Below are positions 26,621 through 39,375 of a stretch of DNA of 64,000 nucleotides, piece after piece. The translations under genes and the position numbers were made by a program. The first letter of the stretch is position 1, and every line of letters starts with the position of its first letter. Under the pieces are notes generated by a model that saw only the letters and a list, made by a program, of their open reading frames with translations, did no database searches and was not told where the DNA came from. The stretch is from the human T2T-CHM13v2.0 reference genome, Homo sapiens, in the NCBI RefSeq assembly GCF_009914755.1, contig NC_060925.1; one strand, written 5' to 3'.

Positions 26621-28705
26621 AAGCCAGGCCTGATGGTCAGTGGAGGCCCAGATAATTGTCTGGGGGCTGCAGGAGGGGAGGAAGGGATGGAGGAGATGTA
26701 GGTGGCCAGGGGGAGGGCCTGGCTGCTGCTTTAGAAGAGAGGGTAGGCGAGAGCAGGTCTGGGAGGAGGAAGAGCCCTCGGGCACTCCCCACTCACACTA
26801 TATAGCTTGACTGCTCCCCCTACCCAAAACACAGCCTTCCTTGCCTCTTTCCCTCCCATCATGCCTCTCCTTGCCCCCTCCTAGCCCTCCCTTTGGTGAG
26901 ACTCCAGCCTAGGAGCTGGGACCTGGTCCCAAGACTCTAGAAACTTGAGTAAGCCCCTTCCTCCCTGGGGAACCCATAAAACGAGGGACAGTGGCATGTA
27001 CCTCCCCTGCAGGTGACAGGACAAATGAGGTAATGCAGGTGAAAGGCTGGAAACTAGACAGAAATGGGAGTTGTTGTTATTTTTATTATTACTACATCAG
27101 ATAACTGGTTGGACTGCATTTTTCTCTGGTTGCCCCCGGGGCCCTGTAGAAACAGCTTCAAATTGTGCTGAAAATTGCTGAGGACACAAATCGGGAAATC
27201 TGGGCTCTACCCTCACTCCCTCCTGACTCATGGGGCACTTTGGACAAGATCTGGTTCCTGTCCCTCTCTTGGTCCCTGTCTCCCATCTGGATGGTGCAGG
27301 TGGACGACATGTTCTGTCTCTGTCCCTGGAACTTTGTAGGTGGCAGCTCTTGGCCTTGTTTGGGTTTGAGGAGGCGCCACTGGGACCAAGGGAGTGGGGA
27401 GACCAGGCAAGGATGGGTCCATGGCAGCCCCCTGGGTGCCTGAACCAGACGCTTACTGGGTCTGACCATGGACGTGAGTGAGTCCTCCCCACGCCTCTTG
27501 CTGTCCGCTCCCTGAAACATCTTGGGAAAGGAGAGTTGGCCCATCCTGAGACCTCATTCTGGTGGCAAGCTTCAGCCAGGGAGGCACCCCAGTTGGCAGG
27601 GACAAAGGCTGAGCTTGCCCCGGGGCTGCCAGGGAGAGGAAGCTGGGGAAGGAGAGAAGTGCCTTTCAGGGCATCGAATTCAGGAGCAGAAGGTGGACGT
27701 CTGCAGGGACTGGACTGGGGAGACGAGTGTGCACATCGCCACCTAGGCCCCAAGGAAGGCAGTGCAGCCCCCACCGGGCTCCAGGACCATCTCTTGGGTT
27801 CTTCCTACCCACAGGCACGCGCTGTGTGCCCTGCTGGCACTGGGACCTGGGCAATCCCAGTGTGACCCACCACCCTGGCCTTTCAGGCATCCACAGCACA
27901 GAACGTGGCTGACCTTGGGGTGACACTGCTTTGGTTACCTGTCCCTGCTTTCTGACTTACCAGCTGACGGTGTGACCTTGAGCAAGAGACAGCCTCTCTG
28001 AGCCCATTTTCTGTCTGCAAAAAGGAGGACTATTTGCTCCCTTGCAGAGTTGCTAAGAGCCTGAGGAAGGATATTGCCTGTGATGTACCTAGTACGGAGC
28101 CTGGGGCATGGTGAGTTTTCAGTGGCCAGTCATTCCCTGTCTCCCTCCTCTACAAATGAAGTCCTAGGATGCTAGGAGAGCACTGGAAAAGAAGCAGTGC
28201 TGCTTGGAGGCATCAGGAGGCTTCACAGAGAAGAGAGGACATTATAGTAGGGTTTTGAGGGATGTACAGGAGTTTCCTTGATATACCAGGGCTCTGTGCA
28301 AGCAGGAACCATAAATGTCATGGTTTCTCAAGTGCCTAGTATGTAACAGAAGCTCAATAAATATTTGCTGTTTGAGTGGTTGGCATTCCAAGTAGCAGGA
28401 CTGTGTAGGAGAGGCATAGAGGTATGCACGATCTGGTCTCAACAGTGGATGAGAAATTTAATTCCTCTTCTGGGACCCCACGGTGCTTTGCCACTTTGTC
28501 TATGGAAGGCCGTTGTATACGTGGGTTCATGTGTCACGTCTCCTGGAGGACTGTGGACACCCCAAGAGTGGTCTGTCTGCTCACTCACCTTCACCTAACT
28601 CTCTAGGGTTCAGCCATGGATCCATGCTCAGGGAGGTGGATCCATGTTCAAATGAAGAATTGAAGCATGCTCCTGCGGATGACTGGCTAAGCCTTGTTTG
28701 GGGTG

Positions 28706-28708
<3 letters not shown>

Positions 28709-28754
<46 letters not shown>
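28709..28754. repeat. (GT)23 microsatellite
   Basis: Directly visible. Confidence 0.98.
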
Positions 28755-28755
<1 letters not shown>

Positions 28756-29139
28756 GTAGGGGCTGCCTCCCATGATCCTTCCCCCTCTTCCCAGGTAGTC
28801 AAGGGTAAAAAGGGTAAGGTCCAAACCCTTGACCCAGCCTTCCTGGGTCTTCCTGATTGATCTCTGTCCATTGCTCCAGCCTGGTAATTTTGTGCCCTAC
28901 GAGAACAGTAAGCAAAGCAGAGGCCGGTGGGGGAGGCTGGGGCAAAGGGGTGCTGGTTTAGGTGGGGTGGTTAGCGCAGGGGCCTCCCTGAGAAGGTGAC
29001 ACTACAGCAGAGTGTTTCTCCTTCACCAGCTTCCCCTTCAGGCCCTGGGAGCAAAGCCTGTCCCACTTTCCTGGCTGGGCTGGGCACCCTCTGGTGCTCC
29101 ATGGCCTTTGTGTGCACCTTCTTCCTGGCTCCAGGCTGC

Positions 29140-29345
29140 CAGGCCCAGCTGCTTCTGAACCATGTGATCCAGGCAATTCTATATGCCTTTCTTTGCCTCA
29201 GTTTCCTCATCTGTTAAATGGGGATAGAAATCACACCTGCTTCCAGGGTGGCTGTGGGCATTGCATCTGTTGTCAATTGCAGAAGGCTCAGGATGGCATC
29301 TTTACATCATAAACGCTCCAAAAATGGGGTCATATTAGTTATTAT
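29140..29345 (+). mobile_element. MIR SINE (reverse MIR at ~29500-29670)
   Basis: TGCCTCAGTTTCCTCATCTGTTAAATGGGGATAG. Confidence 0.85.
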
Positions 29346-30297
29346 TGCACTTATCCTGTTTTTCTAGATGCACTGGCCATTGAGTCTTTCCTGATCCTCT
29401 GGAAATGAACATGGGAGGAGCTTCCTGGGAAAGCATGGGCAAGACGGGAGAGGAGGATGGTGCTTAGCAGGCCTCTCAGCTGCTGGACACAAACAGCAGC
29501 GGATGGTCCCGAGTCCTGCACATGCACGATCATCTCAAATCATTCTTCACCACGCCCCTGGGAAGGCGGCCTCACCCTGCACACAAGGAAACCCCTGAAT
29601 CAGGAACGGGTGACTTGGCTCTGACTTGCAAGGGGCCGAACTGGGATTTGAACCCGGGTCAGCCTGATTCTAGGCAAAACTGCCTCCCTGGAGAAGTACC
29701 TTCCAGCCCATGTCAGGTTAACACTGACCGAGAGCTTTGTGGATCAAGGGGGCCAAAGTTAGTTTCTCCAAATGGACTGGAATTGGAGCAGATCTGGGAG
29801 GGGGGATATTTACGGGTTCCCGTGGCCATTTTCGGGAGAAGGCAGACACAGTGATCGTAGAGTTCATTCGACTGGACTCGCTCAGGATGGAGAGATAAAA
29901 GAGAGAGAGGAAGGAGCAAGAGAAAGAGGATGGATGGAGGGTCATTCCACGGGGAGGGCCACTCTGCCCACTAGCTGCTGATCAGCTTTGTGTGCAGTTG
30001 GTGCCCATGAACCTCTGCAGGTGGCAGGCAGCCTCAGTTCCACATGCCCCTCTCACTCTCACTGCCCTGTAAAGATACTGATTTTCATTCTGCCCAGTGC
30101 AGAAACCCTCCAGGTGTGAGACGTAGAGGAAAGAGCACCAGGCCGGGGTCACAAAAACCAGGTACTGGCCCTGTCTTAGACCTTGAGTGAACTTGGGGAA
30201 GTCCCTTCTCTTTTCTGGGCCTTGTGATCCCCCTCTGTAAAATGGAGTAACGGCAAGAATGGGTGATGTCCCTTTCAGCTCTAACATTGAATTTGAC

Positions 30298-31170
30298 TGA
30301 TCATTCATTCAGTCAACAAACATGTATTGAGCACCTGTTATGTGCCAGGCTCTGCTCCAGGTGTTCGGGTTATCAATGAGCCAATGAGAGGGAGACAGAC
30401 AAATTCTACTCTCAAGGAGCTTGTACTCTTGATGGAGAGATAGTGAATACACTAACAGTAAATAAGGTAATTCCATTTTTATTTTTATTACTTTTATTTT
30501 TCTTTCTTTCCTTTTTTTTTTTTTTTTTGAGACAGAGTCTCGCTCTGTCACCCAGGCTGGAGGGCAGTGGTGTGATCACAGCTCTCTGCAGCCTCGACTT
30601 TCCAGCCTCAGGTGATCCTCCCACCTCAGCCTCTCAAGTATGTAGGACTACAGGTGCATTCCACCATGCCTGGCTAATTTTTTTGTACAGATGGGGTCTC
30701 CTTCTGTTGCCCAGGCTGGTCTTAAACTCCTAGGCTCCAGGAATCTGCCTGCCTCAGCCTCCCAAAGTACTGGGATTACAGGTGTGAGCCACCACACCAG
30801 CCTATTTTTATTTTTTTCTAAAAGGTCACCTTGGTTTCAGAAAATAATTTCAGATATCAAGAAGGAACAATAAAACACTGCCATGTGAGAGAGAGAAAGA
30901 TGCTTTAGATGGGGTGATCAGAGAAGGGCTCCCTGATGAGGTGCTGTTTGAGCTGAGACCTGAAGGATGAGCTCCATCTTGTGAGGATCTAGAAAGCTCC
31001 ATCGTGTGAGGATCTAGAAGAGCAGGCAAGGCTGAGGGAATGGCAAGTGCAAAGGCCCTGAGGTGGGACTGAGGTGGGAGTGACCAAGGGATGGAAAGAA
31101 GTCCAGCGTGGCTGGGGTGGTGAACAAGGGGAGAGTTGTATGAGGTGAGAAAGGGGAGGTGGGCAGGGTG
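30298..31170 (-). mobile_element. L2 LINE interrupted by AluJ; resumes at ~33130-33450
   Basis: TCATTCATTCAGTCAACAAACATGTATTGAGCACCTGTTATGTGCCAGGC; GAGCTGAGACCTGAAGGATGAG; GCAAAGGCCCTGAGGTGGG. Confidence 0.85.
30490..30802 (-). mobile_element. AluJ
   Basis: Reverse Alu with GATCACAGCTC..TGCAGCCTCGAC, GATCCTCCCACCTCAGCC. Confidence 0.95.
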
Positions 31171-31338
31171 GATGGCTCTCAGTCAGGGAGGCACCACCCT
31201 CCCCAGTGAATATTTTCTAGTTGTCACAGGGACTGGGGGACAAACTACTGGCATTTGGTGCTGGGAGGGATGACAAATGTTCTGCAATACCCAGAAGTCC
31301 CACACAATACTGTAATTTCCCCCATTAAGAAACATCGG

Positions 31339-31728
<390 letters not shown>

Positions 31729-31743
31729 AAGAAACATCGGATC

Positions 31744-32782
<1,039 letters not shown>

Positions 32783-32793
32783 AAGAAACATTG

Positions 32794-33157
<364 letters not shown>

Positions 33158-34679
33158 CTATTTTTCTAAGAGTAATGGGATACCATTAGACGGGTGATGG
33201 CCCTAAATATCTGGGCTGTTGTGTTTTGTTGCTGGGCTGTTGTGTTTTGTCTACCATATGAAGAAAGGGTGCCAGGGTAGTGGACGCAGACAGGCCAGTG
33301 AGGAGACTGAGAAGTTGGCTGGGAGAGAGGGTGGCTTGGACTAGGGCAGTAGCGGCAGATGTGGTGAGAGGTGGGTGGATTCTGGAGGGACTGTGGAGGA
33401 GCATCACAGGACCGGTGGCGGATTGAATGGGAAGGCAAGAGGAAGTGTCACTGGTGGGGAGCCTTGGGGAAGGCTCCCTCCATATGTGACTTCAGAGCTC
33501 ACATTACATGCTCAGCACATGCTGGAGAGATGACAAAGGGGCTGCGCTCCTGTCTGGTGGGAATTTAGGGAAGTCTGACCACACCATCTCCAGGCTGGGC
33601 GAAGCCACTGAAGGCTTGAAAGGATTTTGAGACTTCCTCATGCCATCCTCCATCCTCCTGCCTCCAGACCAGACAGACTCATCCTCTCCCCAAACCCCAG
33701 CTCCAAGGGACAGCACACTGGAGGATTCAGAACCTGCGCCCACCCCCACCCCCCATATCCATGCAGGGGGTCACTATGAAGTGCCCTGTGACAGAGGCTT
33801 TCTAATTTCCCAAGACATGGTCATAGCCGCGGGCCATGTGATGGTCTTAGCATGCCTGAGGGGTTGGCCAGGAAGGTTTCCCCTCCATCACACAGCTGAG
33901 GACATAGACTCTCAGAGTAACATGTGCCTCATCCATGAAGATGTGTGTAGCTCCCCAGATGGCACATCCATCCTCGGCTTTCCAGATGACAGGAGGAGTT
34001 GAAGCAGGGAGTTAAGGGGAAGTGCCTGGCCGAGGGAAGCCAGGCTGGGGAACATGGGTATGAGGCTGGGTTGTCACTGTGAAGTATGGGGCGGGGGCCT
34101 GGCAGCCTTGAAGAGCCAAGAGGGCATTTCCCTCTTTTTCTCCAAGCACAAAGCAAGGGTTTCTGAGCTCCGCAGCTGCAGTCTCCTCCCAGGGCGGGCT
34201 CAGTGACCACTCCAGAGCGGCCCTGGACGTTGCTGCCCTCTGACAACCTGGAAGCCATCAGTTCTCTCTCCTGCAAACTGCAGAACTTGGGCAATTTGGG
34301 CAGGTCAGGCTGCAATTTTCTCTGCAGGGCTGCAGGATTGGTGCACACATGAGTTTGGAGCATGCAGATGCGGACATCAGAGGTGTTCCTACATCTTTGA
34401 ATCTCATCTCGGCCTTTTTTGGCTAAGTCCAGGAATGTGTCTGGCTTCAGACCATTGGCGTCACAGCTGCAAACTAGAGACTTCCAGAGCTGGGAGTAAC
34501 CGAGAGCTCCTCTCATCCATCCTTTTGCCTTCAGGGGCACTTCCGCCCTCCCCCGAAGACCATCCCAGCCAAAGGGAATGTTATCTTTTCCCCAAAGAGC
34601 TCCTTTCCTCTCCCTCGGGCCTTCATTCCTGTGGGGAGCAACTTCCAGCCAAAGACCTCTTCCCACGGATTGTAGCCAA

Positions 34680-35190
34680 CTTTAATCCTGCCTGCCCAGC
34701 CCATGCTCCTGCTTCTGATGGCAGCACCCTTAGAGAGGCCCCCTCCCCACTCTCAAGTTGTGAGTTGGGTGGGGTTTACCTTGAGTGCACCTGTGGCCCA
34801 AGCCTGGCCAATGAGAGCACCACATTCCTCTCGTCTTGTCTCAGGGTTTGTTTGGGGGTGAGTAAGTGATCAAATCAAGGCAAATCAGATTAAGTTCTGG
34901 GATTTCGCTGCAACAACGGAGAAGGAGGTGTCCTTTCAGTTGGGTTTGCTGTTAGGATGGAAGCCTAAAGTTGCCATCATTTGGAGAAAGCCTACCTGAG
35001 AGTGGATCCAACACAGAGGAAAACAGGTTGGAGGCCTGGAGAGAGACAGCTCCTGACAACTGCAGTTGAGTACTTGGATCCAGCCATGCCTGAAGCTAAA
35101 AACCATGGACATTTTAGATATGTGAACTGATAAACTCCCCTTCCTGCCAGTTTCAGTGAGGTTTCAGTCATTTGCAGCAAAGGTGCTCCA
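34680..35190 (+). mobile_element. Old MLT1 (J/K/L-type) MaLR LTR
   Basis: CAAGCCTGGCCAATGAGAGC...TGGATCCAGCCATGCCTGAAGC...GTCATTTGCAGC. Confidence 0.8.
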
Positions 35191-35399
35191 ACCCCACCCT
35201 AGGTCCTTCCTTCTGCCCCACAGCCTTTGTCCTTTGGCTCTGCCCACAGTGGGGCTGGAGAGTCTCTGGCCATGCCCTTAGCAGGAGATTCCTTCATCTC
35301 CTTGAGTCTGCTGGTCAATTGCTGCTCAACATCTGTGTCTCCACTTGGACTCACCCTGCTCCTCTCACTGTTTTCTCTTTGGTTTACTGTTATTCAGAA

Positions 35400-35860
35400 T
35401 CCTTCCCATTGCAGCTGAGAGAAGCCACATCACATCATCTTGAGCAAAAAAGGGGACTTGCTGGCCTGGGGAATTGCCCTGAGGAGTAGGGCTAGGGGGC
35501 TGGAATCACAGCTCAGGGCCAACAGGATTATCTCTGTCTGTCATTCACCCTTGCTGTCTCTGCTTCCCTGTGGGGCTGGCCTCATTCTCTCCCTTCTGTG
35601 AGGTGGAGAACTTGGCTACCATCAGCCCAGCTTGGGAACCCCAGTCTAAAACCAGAGAGCTGTTTTCTTCTAAGATCCATATGTCAGTTCCAAGGAAGAA
35701 CTGACTGACCTTGTTTGGGCCATGTGCCTGCGGGGCAATCACTGCAGCCAAGGAAGTGGGGGACAATCATTGACCAAGTCTGGGTCATGTGGATGAGGCA
35801 TTGGGGTTCAGTAATTGACAGACTTATGTAAGGAAGGAAGAACAGTTTCCCACAGGGGAC
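35400..35860 (-). mobile_element. Old MLT1 MaLR LTR, opposite orientation
   Basis: TTGAGCAAAAAAGGGGACTTGCTGG...CAATCACTGCAGCCAAGG...ATTGACCAAGTCTGGGTCATGTG. Confidence 0.65.
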
Positions 35861-36013
35861 CAGGTGGCTGATAGTAAATTAAGGTTGGGGTAAGAGGGAT
35901 GCTGGGCAGAAAAGAGCAAGAGATATCCACCCCAGATACCACTATCATCACAACCATCATCTCCATCTGCCAGCATCTCCTGAATCCCTACTATGGGCCT
36001 GGCTCTGGGAGGA

Positions 36014-36291
36014 ATCCATCCATCCAACCATCCATCCATCCATCCATCCATCCAGCCAGCCAGCCAGCCATCCACCCACTCACCCATCTATCCATCCATC
36101 CATCCATATATCTATCCATCCATCCATCCATCCATCCATCCATCCATCCATCCACCCACCCATCTATCCATCCATCCATTCATCCATGCATGCATGCATG
36201 CATCCATCCATCCATCCATCCATCCAGCACTGATTCTGCACCAGGCCCATCTATCCATCCATCCATCCATCCATTCATCCATCCATCCATC
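36014..36291. repeat. (CCAT)n tetranucleotide array
   Basis: Directly visible. Confidence 0.97.
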
Positions 36292-37299
36292 TAGCACTGA
36301 CTCTGCACCAGACCCCGAGCTAGAAACACAATAGTGAGTCTCATCTCACTCAGAGATAGGGACTTCAGCCCTAGTTCAGCCTAGAGGGGAAGAACATTTA
36401 AGAAGCCATTATATTCCCCTGGGGTAAGAGCACTTTTAGGGAAGTATAATGGACTCAGAGCAGGGCCAGCTAATGTAGTTTTGGCAGAGTGGTCTGGAAG
36501 GGTTTCCAGGAGGAGGTGACAGTTAAGCAGAGACCTAAAGGAAGAGCAGGAGGTAACCAAGTGAAGAATAAAAAGAGTCTCCAGGAGAGGTGACACTGGG
36601 AGGGCAGGAGTTTCTGCCCCTGTGGCGTTGACAGTGATGTGGGAAGACAGGACTCCTCCCTTCCCTCACTCAGCAGTGCTAACAGGGCCCAGGATGGCCT
36701 CACCCTGGGCTGGGCCTGGGATCTGGAAGTGAGATCGCCTGGGCCCCTTCCCCCAGGAGCTCCTGATTCACTAGGGGAGGCAGGTGTGTGGTGTAAGAAG
36801 AGCACCGCATGGAGGAGGCGGTCTGGAGGAGAGCAGGGGTGCGGTGGGTGCTCCAGGGAGGAGGCTAAGTCTGCACTCAGCCTTGACAAGAGGCACTCAC
36901 TGGGAAAAATGAAGCCACAGGTTCCGGATCGTCAGGGCTGGTGCCTCGCATCCTCCATCCTCATAACTCCCAGTGTGTGGGTGTCCTGAACTGTGTCCTC
37001 CTGACCACCCCTCACTCCTGGAGAAGCCTCCACACCAGCCCTCCTTGGTCAGGGTCAGCCTGTCCTCTCTCCTTGTGCTCCCGCGGAGGTGTAGGAAGAT
37101 GTCCGTTCCGGATGCTGATGAAGAGGAAGGTAGGTACTTGGGCAGGGAAGGTAGAATATGGAGGTTTGGTGAGGATCTGAGGTCAGGAGATGGGATTCAG
37201 GGCCTCCTTCAGCTACAGACTCACGGTGTGACCTTGGGCAAGTCCCCGCCCTCTCCGGGCCTTGGTTGATCCCTCGGTTTGGATGGGAGAGTTCACAGG

Positions 37300-37760
37300 C
37301 CTTGTTCCGGCGCCATTTCTGTGCATTTGGAGGTGGGGCTGCACTGGGGCTCCTGGCTCCTGGCCGCGCCGCCTTGCAGCCTACAGGTCCTGAGTCATCT
37401 TCCAGGCAGCGGGTGACCTCTCCATACCCCTGTCTCCCCGCAGCCCCGTGACCCTGGGCGGCGCGCAGGGCCAGGCCGTCCCAGGCGGGCTGCACAGTGG
37501 AAATCACAATATTGACCCAGCGCGCAGGAAGTGGGGAGGACAGGCCGCCGGGGTTCCCGGCCCGGGGGGAGACAGCTCGCTGAGTGATGAGCTCGGAGCC
37601 AAGCTCTCCCTCCCTCCTGGGTCACCGCACCGCTGCCCGCCGCCAGGGCTGTTCCTCTTGGCTCCAGGGCCCCCCTCCCTGGACCTCCCTCCTACACATT
37701 CCCCCGGCCCAGGCCCCAGAGGGGAGCTGCTGGTGAGCTCCAGGCCTCAGGGCCTCTCGG
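37300..37760. promoter_or_regulatory. Small CpG-rich island, candidate enhancer
   Basis: High GC with many CpG/CGCG outside repeats; TGAGTCA 37391-37397; CAGGAAGT 37525-37532. Confidence 0.55.
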
Positions 37761-38699
37761 GCCCTGCCTCCCTCTAGCCCAAGTCCCGGTTCCCTTGTGC
37801 TTCCAGCATCTGAGGGGCCAAAACTGGAACTGCACCCTCACAGGCCACTGACCTTTGGAATAGTCCTGCCTCCCATTTAACAGATGGGGGAACTGAGGCT
37901 TAGAAAGGTACTCAGCCAGTTGTATCAGAGCCAGGATCCACACTCAGATCTGTCCAACTCCTGGCCAGTGCTCTGTCTACGCCGTGAGTGAGTTATCGTC
38001 GGTCGTGATAATAGTGTGAGTAATAAACTGCTCAGTTAGTGAAGTTTTTGGTCTCACGCAGCCCTCTTGCCTGCCCTAGGAGCGGTTCTGACTTTACAGA
38101 CGAGGAAGCTAAGGCTTAGAGGTGGTGAGATAACTTTCCCAAGGACACAGCCCGGGAGCAGCAGGGCTGGGATTTGAACTGTGGTCCGCCTGATCTGTCT
38201 GTTCTGCCAAGCTGTGGGGCAGGAGGGGCCTGTCCTTGAAGGTCTACTCAAATGCCACCTCCCCTGGGGGGCCCCAGGACCACCTGTAGATTGTGCTCCC
38301 CCAGAGGGGTTCCTTGGGGACAATGTAGCCCACAGCCTTGCTCTCCAGTGAGGGGGCCCTCAGTTGGTGTTGCCTGGGGGTCTGGCCGTGGGGTTTGGAG
38401 GCTGGTGGGTCAACCCTGCTGGTGGGTTGAGCTGGACCAGGAAGTGCTGCTCAGGGGTGAGCACCCTCCAGGGGGCGTGGTGAAGTAGAGGGGAAATACT
38501 CCTGGGCTTGGAGCTGGGGACCTGGAGCCCCTCCCTAACCTCCCAGGGTCTTGGTTTCCTCATTCATAGAAAAGGGCTTGGGGTCCATTTGAAGGCCTAC
38601 TCCCCAATACCAGAGACTTAGTAGAGCTTTGGGCTTCTATTTCTTCCAGCTCCCTTCCCACAAGCTGGGTGTCATGGGGGAAAGGGTTTACAGAGCTCT

Positions 38700-39270
38700 C
38701 ACTGGGCTCTGATTAAGTTTTCTACCCAGGGTTTTCACTATAAGGAGTCACCAATGAAAATCTGCCAATGTGCTTCTTCTAGGGCTGCTGTTGAGGGTGT
38801 TTTCTGATTCATCACATGACCCCATTATGAGGAACCCCAGGAAAAATTCGCCGAGAATTCAGTGTAGGCAATTTGCATGAAGTCTGAGAAATTGGTATAA
38901 TTTTATATTTTGGACACTGATTGTGTCTGTGTGTGTGCATGCTTGCCTGAGTGTTTACATCTTTGTTTTGCCCATGATGAAGCTCAAGGCTAAAACTATG
39001 ACACATGACAGTGTGGGACTTCCTGATCCAGGTCACCTCCCCTTCCCCTTGCCACAGGCCCCAGAATATAATTTTCATTTATTGACCTACTGTGCAGCAT
39101 GAAGATACAGCCCTTTACCGATTTCCTCATTTCCTTTGTGCCAGGGTGAAAACTGACTTTCAGAACGTGAACAAGGTGCATGATGGATTTATCCATTAGT
39201 GATGTCTGCCATGGGCACACGAAGGGAAGTACTGGTGCATATGCCTCATTTTTGCCTTCCCTCATTCAAT
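38700..39270. promoter_or_regulatory. Candidate conserved non-coding enhancer
   Basis: Non-repetitive AT-rich island with ATTTGCAT, TGTTTAC, TGACAG, TGATGGAT, CCTTTGT. Confidence 0.45.
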
Positions 39271-39279
39271 CAATGTATA

Positions 39280-39375
39280 ATATTGTATCTAATCATATTT
39301 TCTATTTAACCATATATAATTTCATAAGCTGCCTTTAAACCTTTGTGGAACAAGACTTTGTATAAATAATGGTAA
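39280..39375 (+). mobile_element. Possible L4 (RTE-X) 3' end
   Basis: ATAAGCTGCCTTTAAACCTTTGTGGAACAAGACTTTGTATAAATAA resembles the recalled L4 terminus. Confidence 0.45.

Noticed and set aside
28615-28626. Perfect palindrome CATGGATCCATG (also GGAATATTCC near 42296)
   Set aside because: Palindromes of 10-12 bp are expected by chance in 64 kb
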